Assembly (NCBI GenBank): GCA_963662275.1 | Contig: OY759316.1 | Span: 1,216,001 to 1,280,000 of the forward strand | Direction of reading: 5' to 3' | DNA: 64,000 bases | Source of the DNA: Candidatus Cloacimonadales bacterium | Lineage (GTDB): Bacteria; Cloacimonadota; Cloacimonadia; Cloacimonadales; DAONDQ01 | Notes under the pieces: generated by a model | What the model was told of the DNA's origin: nothing | What the model saw: the letters and a program-made list of their open reading frames with translations, nothing else | Databases searched by the model: none | Shown here: piece by piece, positions 29,501 to 38,173 of the stretch | Numbering within the stretch: position 1 is the stretch's first letter | How the letters are laid out: every line of letters begins with the position of its first letter | Translations under genes and position numbers: made by a program

Positions 29501-30005
29501 CTTGCATTGTATTCCCTGTAGAGCCATTGAACATTGAGCTGTATGTGGAAATCGGATGGGTATATTCCGTTTGATCAGAAAAACGGATAAAAATCACAAT
29601 GTTATTAATTGCACCTGTATGTGGTGCATTTCCTATACCATTAGAGTTGGTTCGCTGATATCCGCTTCTCCTGATTCGTCCGATTTCCTCAGGTGATTTA
29701 TTCACCAAAGGTTTGATGCCTGAAGCAGCAGGATTATCTTTACCCACTATGGCTGAAGATTGAGTAATGTCGGAACCCTTTTGCATGGCATAAACATACC
29801 AGCCTTTATCATTAAGCATAATAGTATAACCCTCTTTATCGTGTACCCAATTATAGAATTCGTCTCCTGATGCATATAGATTGAGAACTGTACCATCAGG
29901 TTGTTTGTCGGTGATTGGCTGATTCCTTAGATATGCAGCAAAAAGAATAGAGTTGAATGCAAAAGACAATAGTAGAAACATAATAAATAACTTTATAGAT
30001 TTCAT
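23589..30005 (-). CDS. Large M6 family metalloprotease (2138 aa) with many FN3 domains, two cleaved-adhesin-like domains and FlgD-Ig/T9SS-like C-terminal domain
   Basis: CHEMFHSIGAPDLY; QDEWLITP...W..DDI adhesin motifs; NYPNPFNP...KKMVLLK; GGAGG RBS before ATG 30005. Confidence 0.88.
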   Translation of the reverse strand: MKSIKLFIMFLLLSFAFNSILFAAYLRNQPITDKQPDGTVLNLYASGDEFYNWVHDKEGYTIMLNDKGWYVYAMQKGSDITQSSAIVGKDNPAASGIKPLVNKSPEEIGRIRRSGYQRTNSNGIGNAPHTGAINNIVIFIRFSDQTEYTHPISTYSSMFNGSTGNTMQAYFNEASYNQLNVTSTFYPIPGTIVVSWQDSHPRNYYRPYNVTTNTIGYQEADVMSREHTLLVNAVTAVRSAIPTTLNIDGDNDGNVDNVCFVIQGNTDGWNDLLWPHRWVLYSQTVTINTKRVYDYNFQLSGSMATEGVGVLCHEMFHSIGAPDLYHYIDDGNEPVGYWDIMEGNTNPPQHMSAYMKFKYGLWISSIPVINAAGTYSLNSLVNSTNNCYRINTANSTTEYYVLEYRKKTGTFENSLPGSGLIVYRINSAVVGNDDGPPDEVYAYRVNGTMTDNGDVDQANFSTEVGRTTFNSNTNPNPFLSTGTMGDITLSSIGSSSGNSITFNYGSQIPQVPIIENFESGFTSLPWTFSGNANWTIDTVQHYNGIKSAKSGVITHSQETTMQVNVTSITGQVNFYYKVSSENDFDFLYFYVDGVIKSEWSGEVNWSFATFDITAGNHVLKWVYSKDESESVGSDCAWVDYIGLSSNSTGFNPPTNFNAVAGNTSAILTWNAPISGTPSGYKVFRNSTLVTTLASTVMTYTNTGLTNGTPYEFWMTATYTNPVGESPATAHITVTPSVPSLNPPTNLVATQTAASTVTLTWQLPGTTTGGITEGFEGTFPAAGWTQTITDNSTNTYGVLPTWCQVGAISSISATPHGGVKQVGLWWSMNHQDEWLITPQFVCPSAGNLTFWSYCTQGSTKLDHYYVKVSTNNGSSWTVLWDASTLPQLENHYTTPYTISLSAYAGQNIKLAWQGIDGPSMDGIWNYWFLDDITVSGSRNVIRFNSDDFTVRSETSPLTVKPVSMGTIQNQTRSGNVLPLAPLPSRSLTGVKVYRNNTLIQTIANATAVQYVDTGVLPGTYIYKVSCYYTNPTGESVYSNESSVTIPGTSFNPPTNFNAVAGNASAILTWSAPMSGTPSGYKVFRNSTLVTTLASTVMTYTNTGLTNGTPYEFWMTATYTNPVGESSATTHITVTPSVPTLNPPTNLVATLTAASTVTLTWQLPSTTPGGITEGFEGTFPATGWTQTITDHSTNTYGVLPTWCQVGTINTDPVAMPHGGVKQVGLWWSMNHQDEWLITPQFVCPSAGNLTFWSYCFQGSTNLDHYYVKVSTNNGSSWTVLWDASTLPELENPYTTPYTISLSAYAGQNIKLAWQGIDGPNMDGLWYYWFLDDITVSGSRNVIHFNSDDFTVRSESSPMTVKPISIGTIQNQTRNGNVLPLAPLPSRSLTGVKVYRNNTLLQTIANATAVQYVDTGVLPGTYIYKVSCYYTNPTGESAYSNESSVTIPVTTFNPPTNFHAVAGNASAALTWSAPTSGTPTNYKVYRNNTLVTTLASTVMSYTNTGLTNGIAYEFWITAVYSNPTGESPATTHITVTPVAPTFNPPTNLVAIQTAWNAVTLTWQLPARSKSSSNNGNSLTREGYTQLKTNQSDRSLAAVKVYRNGSLLHTIPNATTTQYIDTSVVPGTYIYKVTCYYTNPIGESPYSNEATVIIPAYVFNPPTNFNALAGHELATLTWAAPTSGTPTGYKVYRNNTLLTTLAASVLTYTNTGLSYSTTYEYWVTATYSNPTGESAATAHITVILETPPMNPPTNLSAVQTAWNVVTLTWQLPEEIIPGAVKRYEGLFRDRSLAGVKIYRNSSLLETIANITAVQFADSSVVPGTYLYQVTCFYTNPVGESAFSNDASITIPPYEFNPPTNFAAVAGNASATLTWAAPVSGTQTGYKIYRNNELAATFDSTVTTYQSTDLINGTPYEFWITATYTHPTGESAGTEHITVTPLAPLLNPPTNLTGSIMTGNSVHLAWDAPVIEEHVVSNKDAEYPNRSLLGYRIYQNNISIQDVMNPQTLVYDVMDIVNGSYSYKVTALYTEGESDPSNTISVVGNQDPMMPILTALHGNYPNPFNPTTVISYSIRKTDYVSIEIYNALGQKVKTLVNSRIEAGNHTTTWNGNAEKGVPLSSGIYFYQMKAGNYSYLKKMVLLK
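25662..28058 (-). repeat. Intragenic tandem duplication of ~1.2 kb (two copies)
   Basis: Anchor ggtggattga at 25651, 26851 and 28048; long near-identical DNA stretches between the copies. Confidence 0.9.
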
Positions 30006-30363
30006 GTTCGCCTCCTTACATGATAGTATATTTTTAGATATCCCAAGATTAATTGTCAAGTAATTATGCAAATAAAGTAAAAACATTCCTTCAATCGCAA
30101 GTTTAAATTTGGTAATGTTTAATATTAATGTTTTCTGGTATATTGGTGGATGAGCATTGTCCTTGATCTGAATAATAATATCTGAATCAATGTAGAGACG
30201 CCCAACTTGGGCGTCTCTACTATCTGGAAATGGAATGCGAATTGAATGAGACGCCCAAGTTAGGCGTCTCCCTCTCTTTTGCAAAGAGAGGGGTTAGGTC
30301 CCTGAGCGTAGTCGAAGGGGAGAGTTAGTTCTTCAACCCTGAAACCAGCCGATAACAATCAGA

Positions 30364-30482
30364 AAAGATACTACCAATTTCTATCCAATTCCATACCAAT
30401 CACATACAAATCCCTTACAAATCTCCTTCCTGTTTCAAGAAACAGGATTGAAACAGGATTAAAACAGGAATGAAATTAGTAA
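30364..30482. repeat. 11-bp-phased dispersed element; homolog on opposite strand at ~53798-53920
   Basis: aaagatactaccaat...(11-mers)...ttcctgttt..gaaacagg(11-mers) matches the reverse complement of 53798-53920. Confidence 0.8.
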
Positions 30483-30894
30483 TACATAGGCGGTCTTTTT
30501 GACATCAGGTTGTAGGAAGTTATCTTCAGCAATGCTCACACTAAAAGATTCTGAAATATATTAATTAATAATTGACAGACGATGCAAGTAAATATTTAAG
30601 ATTGAAAATTGAAGATTGAAGGTTGAAGATGGAGCGCTGATTTTTCATCGGTGGATAGGTCGTATTGTTTGTGACGCAACGCATACTGTGGTTTCAGGTT
30701 ATAGAATTGAAACAGAGTGCTGGTAAATACTGGATCGAATTTCTTAGGAAACAGGTTTTCGAAATAAGAATGATAGGGGTGGCGAACTCCGTTTCGCCAC
30801 ATGCCAAATCAGAGTTTGGCATCCCAGCTTTTGAGTAAACTCAAAAAGCTTGAAAATGTTTGAACCAGAAACCAAATAAATTGGGAGGAAATCA

Positions 30895-32856
30895 ATGAAG
30901 TTGATTTGTAGTCTATTTGTAATGTTGCTTTTTGCACTAACCTTAACTGCACAGGAAAGCGGATATTTGATGACTTGGGGTAGTATGAAAGGAAGTTCAT
31001 TAGGAAACAATATTGTAAAAATTACAGCCGGAAATTGGCACAGCCTTGCTTTAAAGTCAGACAGTTCATTAGTTGCTTGGGGAAATAATACTTCAGGACA
31101 ATGCAATGTACCAGAAGGAAACAATTTTATAGCAATAAGTGCTCGAGAAAATCACAACCTTGTCTTACAATCAGATGGTTCTCTAGTAGCTTGGGGGAGT
31201 AATGATCATGGACAATGCAATGTACCCAATGGTAATAATTTTACAGCTATTGTTGCAGGTGATTGGCACGATCTTGCCATAAAATCAGATGGTTCGCTGG
31301 TAGCCTGGGGAGATAATAGTAATGGACAATGCGATGTTCCAGCAGGTAATAATTTTACAGCTATTGCAGCTGGATTCGGTCACAGTATTGCTTTGAAGTC
31401 TGATGGTTCAATAGTCGCCTGGGGAAGAAATTATGAAGGACAATGTAATGTACCTATAGGAAACAATTTTACAGTTATTGCTGCTGGCAACTTATATAGT
31501 CTAGCATTAAAGTCAGACGGATCTGTGCTTATCTGGGGTGATAATGAATCTGGTCAGTACAATGCACCCATTGGATATAGTTTTACTGCTATTTCTGCCG
31601 GTATGGGTCATATCATTGCTTTGAAAACTGATGGTATGCTGGTTGCTTGGGGAAGAAATGATTGTGGGCAATGCGATATCCCGGCTGGAAACGATTTTAC
31701 TACCATCACTGCTGGAGGATTGCACAATATTGTACTAAAGTCTGACGGATCTGTCCTTACAGTCGGTGACAATAGTAACGGGCAATGCAATGTGCCAGTT
31801 GGTAACACATTTACATCAATTGCTTCTGGGGGAAATCATTGCCTTGCATTGAAGGGAGATGGTTCATTGGCTGGATGGGGAAATAACGATTCAGGGCAAT
31901 GCAATGTACCAATGGGATTTGATTTCACTACTATTTCTGCTGGTGGATATAATATGGGTGGTCATAGCCTTGCTTTGAAGGGAGATGGCACACTGGTTGC
32001 ATGGGGAATCAATATCGATGTTCCATCTGGTAACAATTTTACTGATATTTCTGTCGGGGATGGACACTGTCTAGCCTTGGAATCAGATGGTACGCTTGTC
32101 GCATGGGGAAGAAATGATTCTTTACAATGCAACGTTCCAGCAGGAATGTTTTTTACTGCGATCTCAGCAGGGAGGAATCATAGTCTTGCCATAAAATCTG
32201 ATGGTTCGCTGGTTGCATGGGGAGATAATGCAGATGGTTTATGCAATACTCCGACTGGATATGATTTTACTGCTATTTCAACAGGATACGATCACAGTCT
32301 TGCTTTGAAGTCTGATGGTTCAATAGTCGCCTGGGGAAATAACGAATCTGGCCAGTGCAATGTTCCTGGAGGTAACGTCTATACCGCAATAGCTGCAGGT
32401 TATTATCATAGTCTTGCTTTAAAGTCGGATGGTTCATTAGTCGCTTGGGGTAATAATTTATTTGGGCAATGTAATGTTCCACAAAGAAGCGATTATGTAG
32501 CTATAGCTGCTGGAGAGTATTTTTCCGTTGCAATCGTAAGAAATGGTACTGTGTATAATGATGATCAAACACAAAGTACACCAATCCCATCATTTATCAG
32601 AGCTTACCCCAACCCATTCCTACAAGCAGTTGCAGTTAATTTCGAGACAACAATGAAAGGCAATGAGAAAGGCTCACTGACCATCTGCAATCTCAAAGGT
32701 CAGAAAGTGAAGGCATTTGAGGTCAGTGCTGTTCATTCGCTGGCTATTTGGAATGGCAGGGATGAGAATGGTCAGAAGTGCGCTTCCGGGATTTATCTTT
32801 ACAGATTTTCCACGGGGAATCATCAGGAGACGAAGAAGCTGGTGATGCTGAAGTAG
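30895..32856 (+). CDS. Secreted RCC1/BLIP-II repeat beta-propeller protein with FlgD-Ig/T9SS-like C-terminal domain
   Basis: About 14 repeats of ~38 aa (AG..HSLALKSDGSLVAWG.N..GQC.VP), signal peptide, AYPNPF...ETKKLVMLK; GGAGG RBS. Confidence 0.88.
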   Translation: MKLICSLFVMLLFALTLTAQESGYLMTWGSMKGSSLGNNIVKITAGNWHSLALKSDSSLVAWGNNTSGQCNVPEGNNFIAISARENHNLVLQSDGSLVAWGSNDHGQCNVPNGNNFTAIVAGDWHDLAIKSDGSLVAWGDNSNGQCDVPAGNNFTAIAAGFGHSIALKSDGSIVAWGRNYEGQCNVPIGNNFTVIAAGNLYSLALKSDGSVLIWGDNESGQYNAPIGYSFTAISAGMGHIIALKTDGMLVAWGRNDCGQCDIPAGNDFTTITAGGLHNIVLKSDGSVLTVGDNSNGQCNVPVGNTFTSIASGGNHCLALKGDGSLAGWGNNDSGQCNVPMGFDFTTISAGGYNMGGHSLALKGDGTLVAWGINIDVPSGNNFTDISVGDGHCLALESDGTLVAWGRNDSLQCNVPAGMFFTAISAGRNHSLAIKSDGSLVAWGDNADGLCNTPTGYDFTAISTGYDHSLALKSDGSIVAWGNNESGQCNVPGGNVYTAIAAGYYHSLALKSDGSLVAWGNNLFGQCNVPQRSDYVAIAAGEYFSVAIVRNGTVYNDDQTQSTPIPSFIRAYPNPFLQAVAVNFETTMKGNEKGSLTICNLKGQKVKAFEVSAVHSLAIWNGRDENGQKCASGIYLYRFSTGNHQETKKLVMLK

Positions 32857-33277
32857 CAGAAGGGTACAGCGTACAGGGAACGCCGATTTGTTATCGGCGT
32901 GCGAGGCGAATTCTTTTCGCCTCTTCTGAATGGGTAATATCGTAAAAGTAATGAAGAACTAACTTCTCCTTAAAGTTATTCGAGAAATGAGTGGTTTGAA
33001 CTTCACTGAAAATGAGTTTTCGCGGCCGAGGATGAATGGTCGATTATGAAGTCCATTTTCCCTTTTAGCCAGGGGGTAATTGATTGTTTGCTTGGGAAAT
33101 TGAACTCCAAATCCTCAGAGGATGAAAAGTCGGGTTTAAAGTCCGAATGCCCTTTTAGTCATGTATTCAATGATAATTTGTTTAGGGCATTTGAACTCCA
33201 AACTCTTAGCTTTCATGTAAAATCAGAACTAATACAACCCCCCTTAATCCCCCCTCGGGGAGGGGGGTGGAGCATAA

Positions 33278-34582
33278 TTGAAGAATATAAAGATCATCGG
33301 TGGCGGTCTGGCAGGTAGCGAAGCAGCCTTATACCTAGCAGATAAGAACTGGTATATCGAACTGTATGAGATGCGTCCCAAGGTTCAGACACCTGCCCAT
33401 AACACAGGTTATTTAGCAGAAGTAGTATGCAGCAATTCCTTCAAATCGAAGCTGAGTGATACTTCGTCCGGTTTGTTGAAGCAGGAAATGAAACTCCTGG
33501 GTTGTAAGCTTCTTGAAATTGCAGAACTTCATTCTGTAGCAGCGGGAAATGCACTTGCCATTGATCGGGATGAATTTGCAGCAGATGTGACCAAACGCAT
33601 CGAGAATCATCCAAATATTACGGTAATCAGGGAAGAAGTCAAAGATGTACCTAATTCAACTACAATCATTGCTACTGGTCCTCTTACTTCAGATTCCATG
33701 GTTCTCTCTCTTCAAAAAATGATTGGAAAAAGCCAGTTATATTTCTTTGATGCCATAGCTCCAATTGTCTCATCTGATTCTCTAGATCATAATATCCTTT
33801 TTTCAAAGACAAGGTATGATAAAGGGGAAGCGGATTACTTGAATTGTCCTTTGAATAAAGATGAGTATTATGCCTTTGTGGAAGCGCTTCGGGAATCTGA
33901 TAAACATGAGGCAAAGGAATTTGAGAACCAGTTCTTTCAAAGCTTAGAGTTCAAGTTCTATGAAAACTGTATGCCCATTGAAGAAATAGCACGTAGAGGA
34001 GAGGATACATTACGTTTCGGTGTAATGCGTCCGGTAGGTCTTGAAGATCCCCGAACCGGGAAAAGAGCCTATGCTATTCTTCAGTTGAGAGCTGAAAATA
34101 CGGATAAAACAGCTTATAATCTGGTTGGCTGTCAAACAATGATGAAATATGGTGAGCAAAAACGTATCCTCAGCTTATTACCAGGTTTTGCGGCTGTTGA
34201 AGTGTTGCGTTATGGTTCAATTCACCGAAATACCTATCTGAATGGACCTGAAATACTGGATGAGAGATTATCATTGAAGAACAATCCCAATATCTACATT
34301 GCCGGTCAATTAAGTGGAGTGGAAGGTTATGTAGAATCTATCTTAAGTGGATTATTAGTGGCTCGTATCCTGGATGAGAATCTGCCCATGCTACCGGAAG
34401 ATACAATGAGCGGACAGCTCTGGCGTCATTTAATGGTAAAGAAGGAACAGGCATTTCAACCGATGAATGCTAATTTTGGTATATTACCGCAAATTGAGAT
34501 GGAAAAGAAGAACAAGACTCTAAAAAAACAACTATTATCTGAAAGAGCAATTTTATCTCTAACTCAGTTTCTGCAAGAGTAA
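33278..34582 (+). CDS. trmFO: Methylenetetrahydrofolate--tRNA-(uracil-5-)-methyltransferase TrmFO
   Basis: IIGGGLAGSEAA, EVVCSNSF, ATGPLTS, FFDAIAPIV, YGSIHRNTY, AGQLSGVEGYVES, QPMNANFG. Confidence 0.95.
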   Translation: MKNIKIIGGGLAGSEAALYLADKNWYIELYEMRPKVQTPAHNTGYLAEVVCSNSFKSKLSDTSSGLLKQEMKLLGCKLLEIAELHSVAAGNALAIDRDEFAADVTKRIENHPNITVIREEVKDVPNSTTIIATGPLTSDSMVLSLQKMIGKSQLYFFDAIAPIVSSDSLDHNILFSKTRYDKGEADYLNCPLNKDEYYAFVEALRESDKHEAKEFENQFFQSLEFKFYENCMPIEEIARRGEDTLRFGVMRPVGLEDPRTGKRAYAILQLRAENTDKTAYNLVGCQTMMKYGEQKRILSLLPGFAAVEVLRYGSIHRNTYLNGPEILDERLSLKNNPNIYIAGQLSGVEGYVESILSGLLVARILDENLPMLPEDTMSGQLWRHLMVKKEQAFQPMNANFGILPQIEMEKKNKTLKKQLLSERAILSLTQFLQE

Positions 34583-34744
34583 GTATAATAGTCTGTAATG
34601 GAGTTCAATCTGATATTTATTGAATAGTGTTCAAAATCATATCTTATTGTAATATAGTATAATACGAATTACCCTGCTAATTTCTTCCCATTAAATATAA
34701 AAAATAGATTGACGGAATAATTATATCCTAAGTCACATCAAATT

Positions 34745-34770
34745 ATGCGTATATGAGTAATAATACGCAT
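34745..34770. promoter_or_regulatory. Candidate operator: inverted repeat ATGCGTAT-N10-ATACGCAT
   Basis: Perfect 8-bp arms between a TTGACG box (~34709) and the GGAGG RBS of the FadL-like gene. Confidence 0.45.
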
Positions 34771-34786
34771 TCAAGATGGAGGAATT

Positions 34787-36184
34787 ATGAAAACAAAAGG
34801 AATTATTATTTTTATTCTGATGATGTTTGCGATGTCATCGGCTTTATTTGCCGGTGGTTTTGCTCTTTCTGGAATCGGCTCGAAAGCAATCGGTATGGGT
34901 GGTGCATTCCGTGGTCTTGCGGATGATCCAACAGCGATGTATTGGAATCCAGCCGGTTTAAGTTTTATGAATCAAAGCTGTGTTACTCTTGCAGGGGCTG
35001 CGATCATGCCTTCATCTGAGTTTACAGGCTTGAGCAAATCGGTCATATATTCAGGTACGATGGTTCCATTTGATACTTTATCATCTCCCGGTTTTGCTTA
35101 TAATCAGAAAATGAAAGCTGAAAAGAAAACTTGGATGTTCCCCAATGCATTTGGAGTATATTCTTCAGAATCTCCTCTGAAGTTTGGACTTGGTGCTTAT
35201 GTGCCTTATGGCCTTGGAGCTACTTGGGATTTATATCAAACTCCTGATTCTATGGAAGTTGCACGGCACTATTATATGCATGTCGTATATCCTGCCACTA
35301 TGGATAAAAATGAGATGATGAGTTCAATCGGTATTGTAGATATTCATCCCACTTTAAGTTACAAACTGAGTGATAATCTCGCTATTGGTGCCGGCATAAG
35401 CGTTCAATACGGTATGATCGAAATCCAGAAGTTAAAAATGGTGAATGCCTATATTCCAATGTTACTGCATTTAAAGGGTACAGGACTTGGATTTGGAGCT
35501 AACATGGGAGTTCTTTGGAAAGCGACATCAAAACTCCAGGTTGGTGTATCCGGTAAATTACCTTCGATAATTAAACTCGAAGGTGATGGAGATGCCAGCG
35601 TATATCTGAATAACGTAATCATAGGTGTTCCAGCTTCTTCAGGAATGGTTAAGACAGATAAGAGCAGTGCAACGGCAGATGTAAAATTACCTGCTGATGT
35701 TGGTATTGGATTTGCCTTCTATCCTGTGGAGAATTGGGTCGTGACGATGGATTTAACCAATACTTATTGGAGTTGTTTTGATAAGGTTGAAATCGAATTC
35801 GACGATACTTTGAACGTTACTTTTAAGCCCGAAATACCCATTAAACTGAAAAAAGTAGATTTACTTACAGATTGGAATGATACTTTCCGTTTCAGCATGG
35901 GTACTGAATATAAGATGAGTATGATGGCAATACGCCTAGGTTTCTATTATGACGAATCTCCTATTGCAGATAAATCTCTTAGTCCAACCTGGCCTGATAC
36001 TAATGATAAAATGAGTGGAAACATAGGTGTAGGTTTGAAGTTTGGTCAAATGGATTTGGATGTAAACTTTGAACATATTGTATTCACTGATCGTGAAATC
36101 AAAACTCAAACTGCAGACAATATGATCGGTACGTACACAACTTCCATAAATGCTGCAAACGCAGCTTTGACACTGCACTTCTAA
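34787..36184 (+). CDS. OmpP1/FadL family outer-membrane transporter
   Basis: Signal peptide, GGF.L...G....GMGGA...LADD.TA.YWNPAGL, PYGL, terminal Phe. Confidence 0.88.
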   Translation: MKTKGIIIFILMMFAMSSALFAGGFALSGIGSKAIGMGGAFRGLADDPTAMYWNPAGLSFMNQSCVTLAGAAIMPSSEFTGLSKSVIYSGTMVPFDTLSSPGFAYNQKMKAEKKTWMFPNAFGVYSSESPLKFGLGAYVPYGLGATWDLYQTPDSMEVARHYYMHVVYPATMDKNEMMSSIGIVDIHPTLSYKLSDNLAIGAGISVQYGMIEIQKLKMVNAYIPMLLHLKGTGLGFGANMGVLWKATSKLQVGVSGKLPSIIKLEGDGDASVYLNNVIIGVPASSGMVKTDKSSATADVKLPADVGIGFAFYPVENWVVTMDLTNTYWSCFDKVEIEFDDTLNVTFKPEIPIKLKKVDLLTDWNDTFRFSMGTEYKMSMMAIRLGFYYDESPIADKSLSPTWPDTNDKMSGNIGVGLKFGQMDLDVNFEHIVFTDREIKTQTADNMIGTYTTSINAANAALTLHF

Positions 36185-36201
36185 ATTTCTTGGAACTAAG
36201 A

Positions 36202-36228
36202 AAAACCGCCGATTATTTCGGCGGTTTT
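36202..36228. terminator. Bidirectional rho-independent terminator
   Basis: AAAACCGCCGA-ttatt-TCGGCGGTTTT between convergent genes. Confidence 0.85.
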
Positions 36229-36261
36229 ATTTATAATCTTACTAGGATTTTTCAGACTTAC

Positions 36262-36468
36262 TTATCTTGTGATGGCGTAGTAATTTTCCAATTCCTCTAA
36301 GATGTGATCAATGATAGTATCTGCATCAGGTACATCAAGGGTCTTTCTGTCACCATTATCAAAAGTAATGATCACATTCCCCATGGCTTTTGTGATTTCC
36401 CTGATTTTTGGAATGACAATATGTATCTTTCCTGAATTGCTTTCCTGATAAGTAAAAATAATACTCAT
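36262..36468 (-). CDS. Small hypothetical protein
   Basis: 68-aa ORF with GAGG RBS, co-oriented with the upstream operon. Confidence 0.7.
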   Translation of the reverse strand: MSIIFTYQESNSGKIHIVIPKIREITKAMGNVIITFDNGDRKTLDVPDADTIIDHILEELENYYAITR

Positions 36469-36536
36469 GATAACCTCAATTTTTGTAACGTTACTTCATT
36501 CGTTAACGCCACTGGGTTTATTCCTTGGCGCTTTTT

Positions 36537-37415
36537 TCATTGTTTTACTAAAATATTCTGAATAATTGCTTGATTAGTTACTAACGGATTATCTTTGTCA
36601 TCCTTTGGCAAAGCCTGAATCTTGAGAACGATATCCATTCCAGCCGTCACTTTCCCAAATACAGTATGTTTTCCGTCTAACCATGGTGTTCCGTCTTTTG
36701 CGGTTACAATAAAGAACTGGGAGCCATTGGTATTGGGTCCTGAATTTGCCATACAGAGTTCACCATATAGTACCTTTGCTTTCAATTCCTTTTTTCGCAT
36801 ATCCTTAGTCCCAGTCTTTTCAAGGTAGAATTCTATCGGATGAGCTTTCAATGGTTCACCGCTTTGCATTTTGCCACATGCATTAGCGATATTAACCAGT
36901 ACCGTATCAGGAGTTGTATTTGCCCGAAGATAGGGAACTAAAATGTCTGTAAAAACTTGTAATGCTGTAGCATCATCTTTGATTTCACCGGTAATCGGAG
37001 CTCCCATAATATAAGTTTCATCTTCAAAAGTATATCCTGGACTGCCCTGACCATCATTGGTACGAGTCGTATCTTTTGTATTCGGGTCTCCACCCTGGAT
37101 CATGAAATCTGGAATCACACGATGGAAATACGTACCATTATAGAACTTTTCCTTTGATAGTTTGATGAAATTGGCAACAGTTTTAGGAGCCATATCAGGC
37201 CACAATTCCAGTTGAATATCACCTTGATTAGTCTTCATGATAACGATCTGCTTTGTTTTAGTTAAATCTGTTGTCATCTTTGTTTCATCCTTTGCGGGTG
37301 GTGTTTTATCTTTTTCAGTCTTTTTTGCAAATAGCATACTTGCACTCATAAAAATTAAGATCATGAGCAGTACCGGCAATAGTAGTGTGCGATAATTTGG
37401 TGAATTTCTAAACAT
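36537..37415 (-). CDS. Secreted cyclophilin-type peptidyl-prolyl isomerase
   Basis: FYNGTYFHRVIPDFMIQGGDP, MANSGPNTNGSQFFI, WLDGKHTVFGKV. Confidence 0.92.
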   Translation of the reverse strand: MFRNSPNYRTLLLPVLLMILIFMSASMLFAKKTEKDKTPPAKDETKMTTDLTKTKQIVIMKTNQGDIQLELWPDMAPKTVANFIKLSKEKFYNGTYFHRVIPDFMIQGGDPNTKDTTRTNDGQGSPGYTFEDETYIMGAPITGEIKDDATALQVFTDILVPYLRANTTPDTVLVNIANACGKMQSGEPLKAHPIEFYLEKTGTKDMRKKELKAKVLYGELCMANSGPNTNGSQFFIVTAKDGTPWLDGKHTVFGKVTAGMDIVLKIQALPKDDKDNPLVTNQAIIQNILVKQ

Positions 37416-37427
37416 GAATAACTCCTT

Positions 37428-38162
37428 CTAATTTCCTTGTTGTGTAAATTGGCAAAGCTCTGCCTTGCCGTCAATTATTTTTACGTAACTATTAGATAAA
37501 AACCATTCACCACTATTCAAATACACACCTCCGGGGTAGTCAAACTTTACTGCTTGATGAGAATGACCCATAACAATGATGTCATAGATATCAAATGATT
37601 TCTCGGCAAATTCACGAAGCCCCTTTTCCTGCACTTCCTGGAGCGGTCTGGGTACTTTGCGTTTTCTACTGGATCGTGATAGCTGTCTTCCAAGCCATAA
37701 GGCTATATTTGGATGGATGACCCCAAAGAGGGTACGGACAAAGCCAGTTCTGATCACTGATCGGAAGATATGGTAACGTAAATCATTCGATGTATGAAGA
37801 TCACCATGTGTGACCAGTATCTTCTTTCCATCAATAGTATCTGTATATTGATCCTGGCATATTTTGACTTGAAGATATTCAGGGAAAAAGTCCCCGAACC
37901 AGAAGTCATGATTTCCGGGAATCAGTATAAGTTGGCAACCGGATTCCTGTAGGTCAGCCAGCTTCTTCAGAATGGGAAAAAATCCTTTGATGATCACACT
38001 TTTCCAATCATACCAAAGATCAAAGATATCTCCATTGAGAATCAGTAAATCAGCATTTCCTTTCAAAGAATCCAGGAAGGAAATTGCCCTTTTTCGTCGT
38101 TCTCTATCTTCATTAGATTCACAGAACTTGATATGCATATCGGAAATGATATAAATATTCAT
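37428..38162 (-). CDS. lpxH: UDP-2,3-diacylglucosamine diphosphatase (LpxH-like metallophosphoesterase)
   Basis: ISDMH, GDIFDLW, GNHD, THGD, GHSH, NSGEW. Confidence 0.8.
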   Translation of the reverse strand: MNIYIISDMHIKFCESNEDRERRKRAISFLDSLKGNADLLILNGDIFDLWYDWKSVIIKGFFPILKKLADLQESGCQLILIPGNHDFWFGDFFPEYLQVKICQDQYTDTIDGKKILVTHGDLHTSNDLRYHIFRSVIRTGFVRTLFGVIHPNIALWLGRQLSRSSRKRKVPRPLQEVQEKGLREFAEKSFDIYDIIVMGHSHQAVKFDYPGGVYLNSGEWFLSNSYVKIIDGKAELCQFTQQGN

Positions 38163-38173
38163 ATAGCTATCGT

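Noticed and set aside
30006..30284. N-terminal 93-aa extension of the large M6 ORF
   Set aside because: It runs through REP palindromes; the RBS and signal peptide point to ATG 30005.
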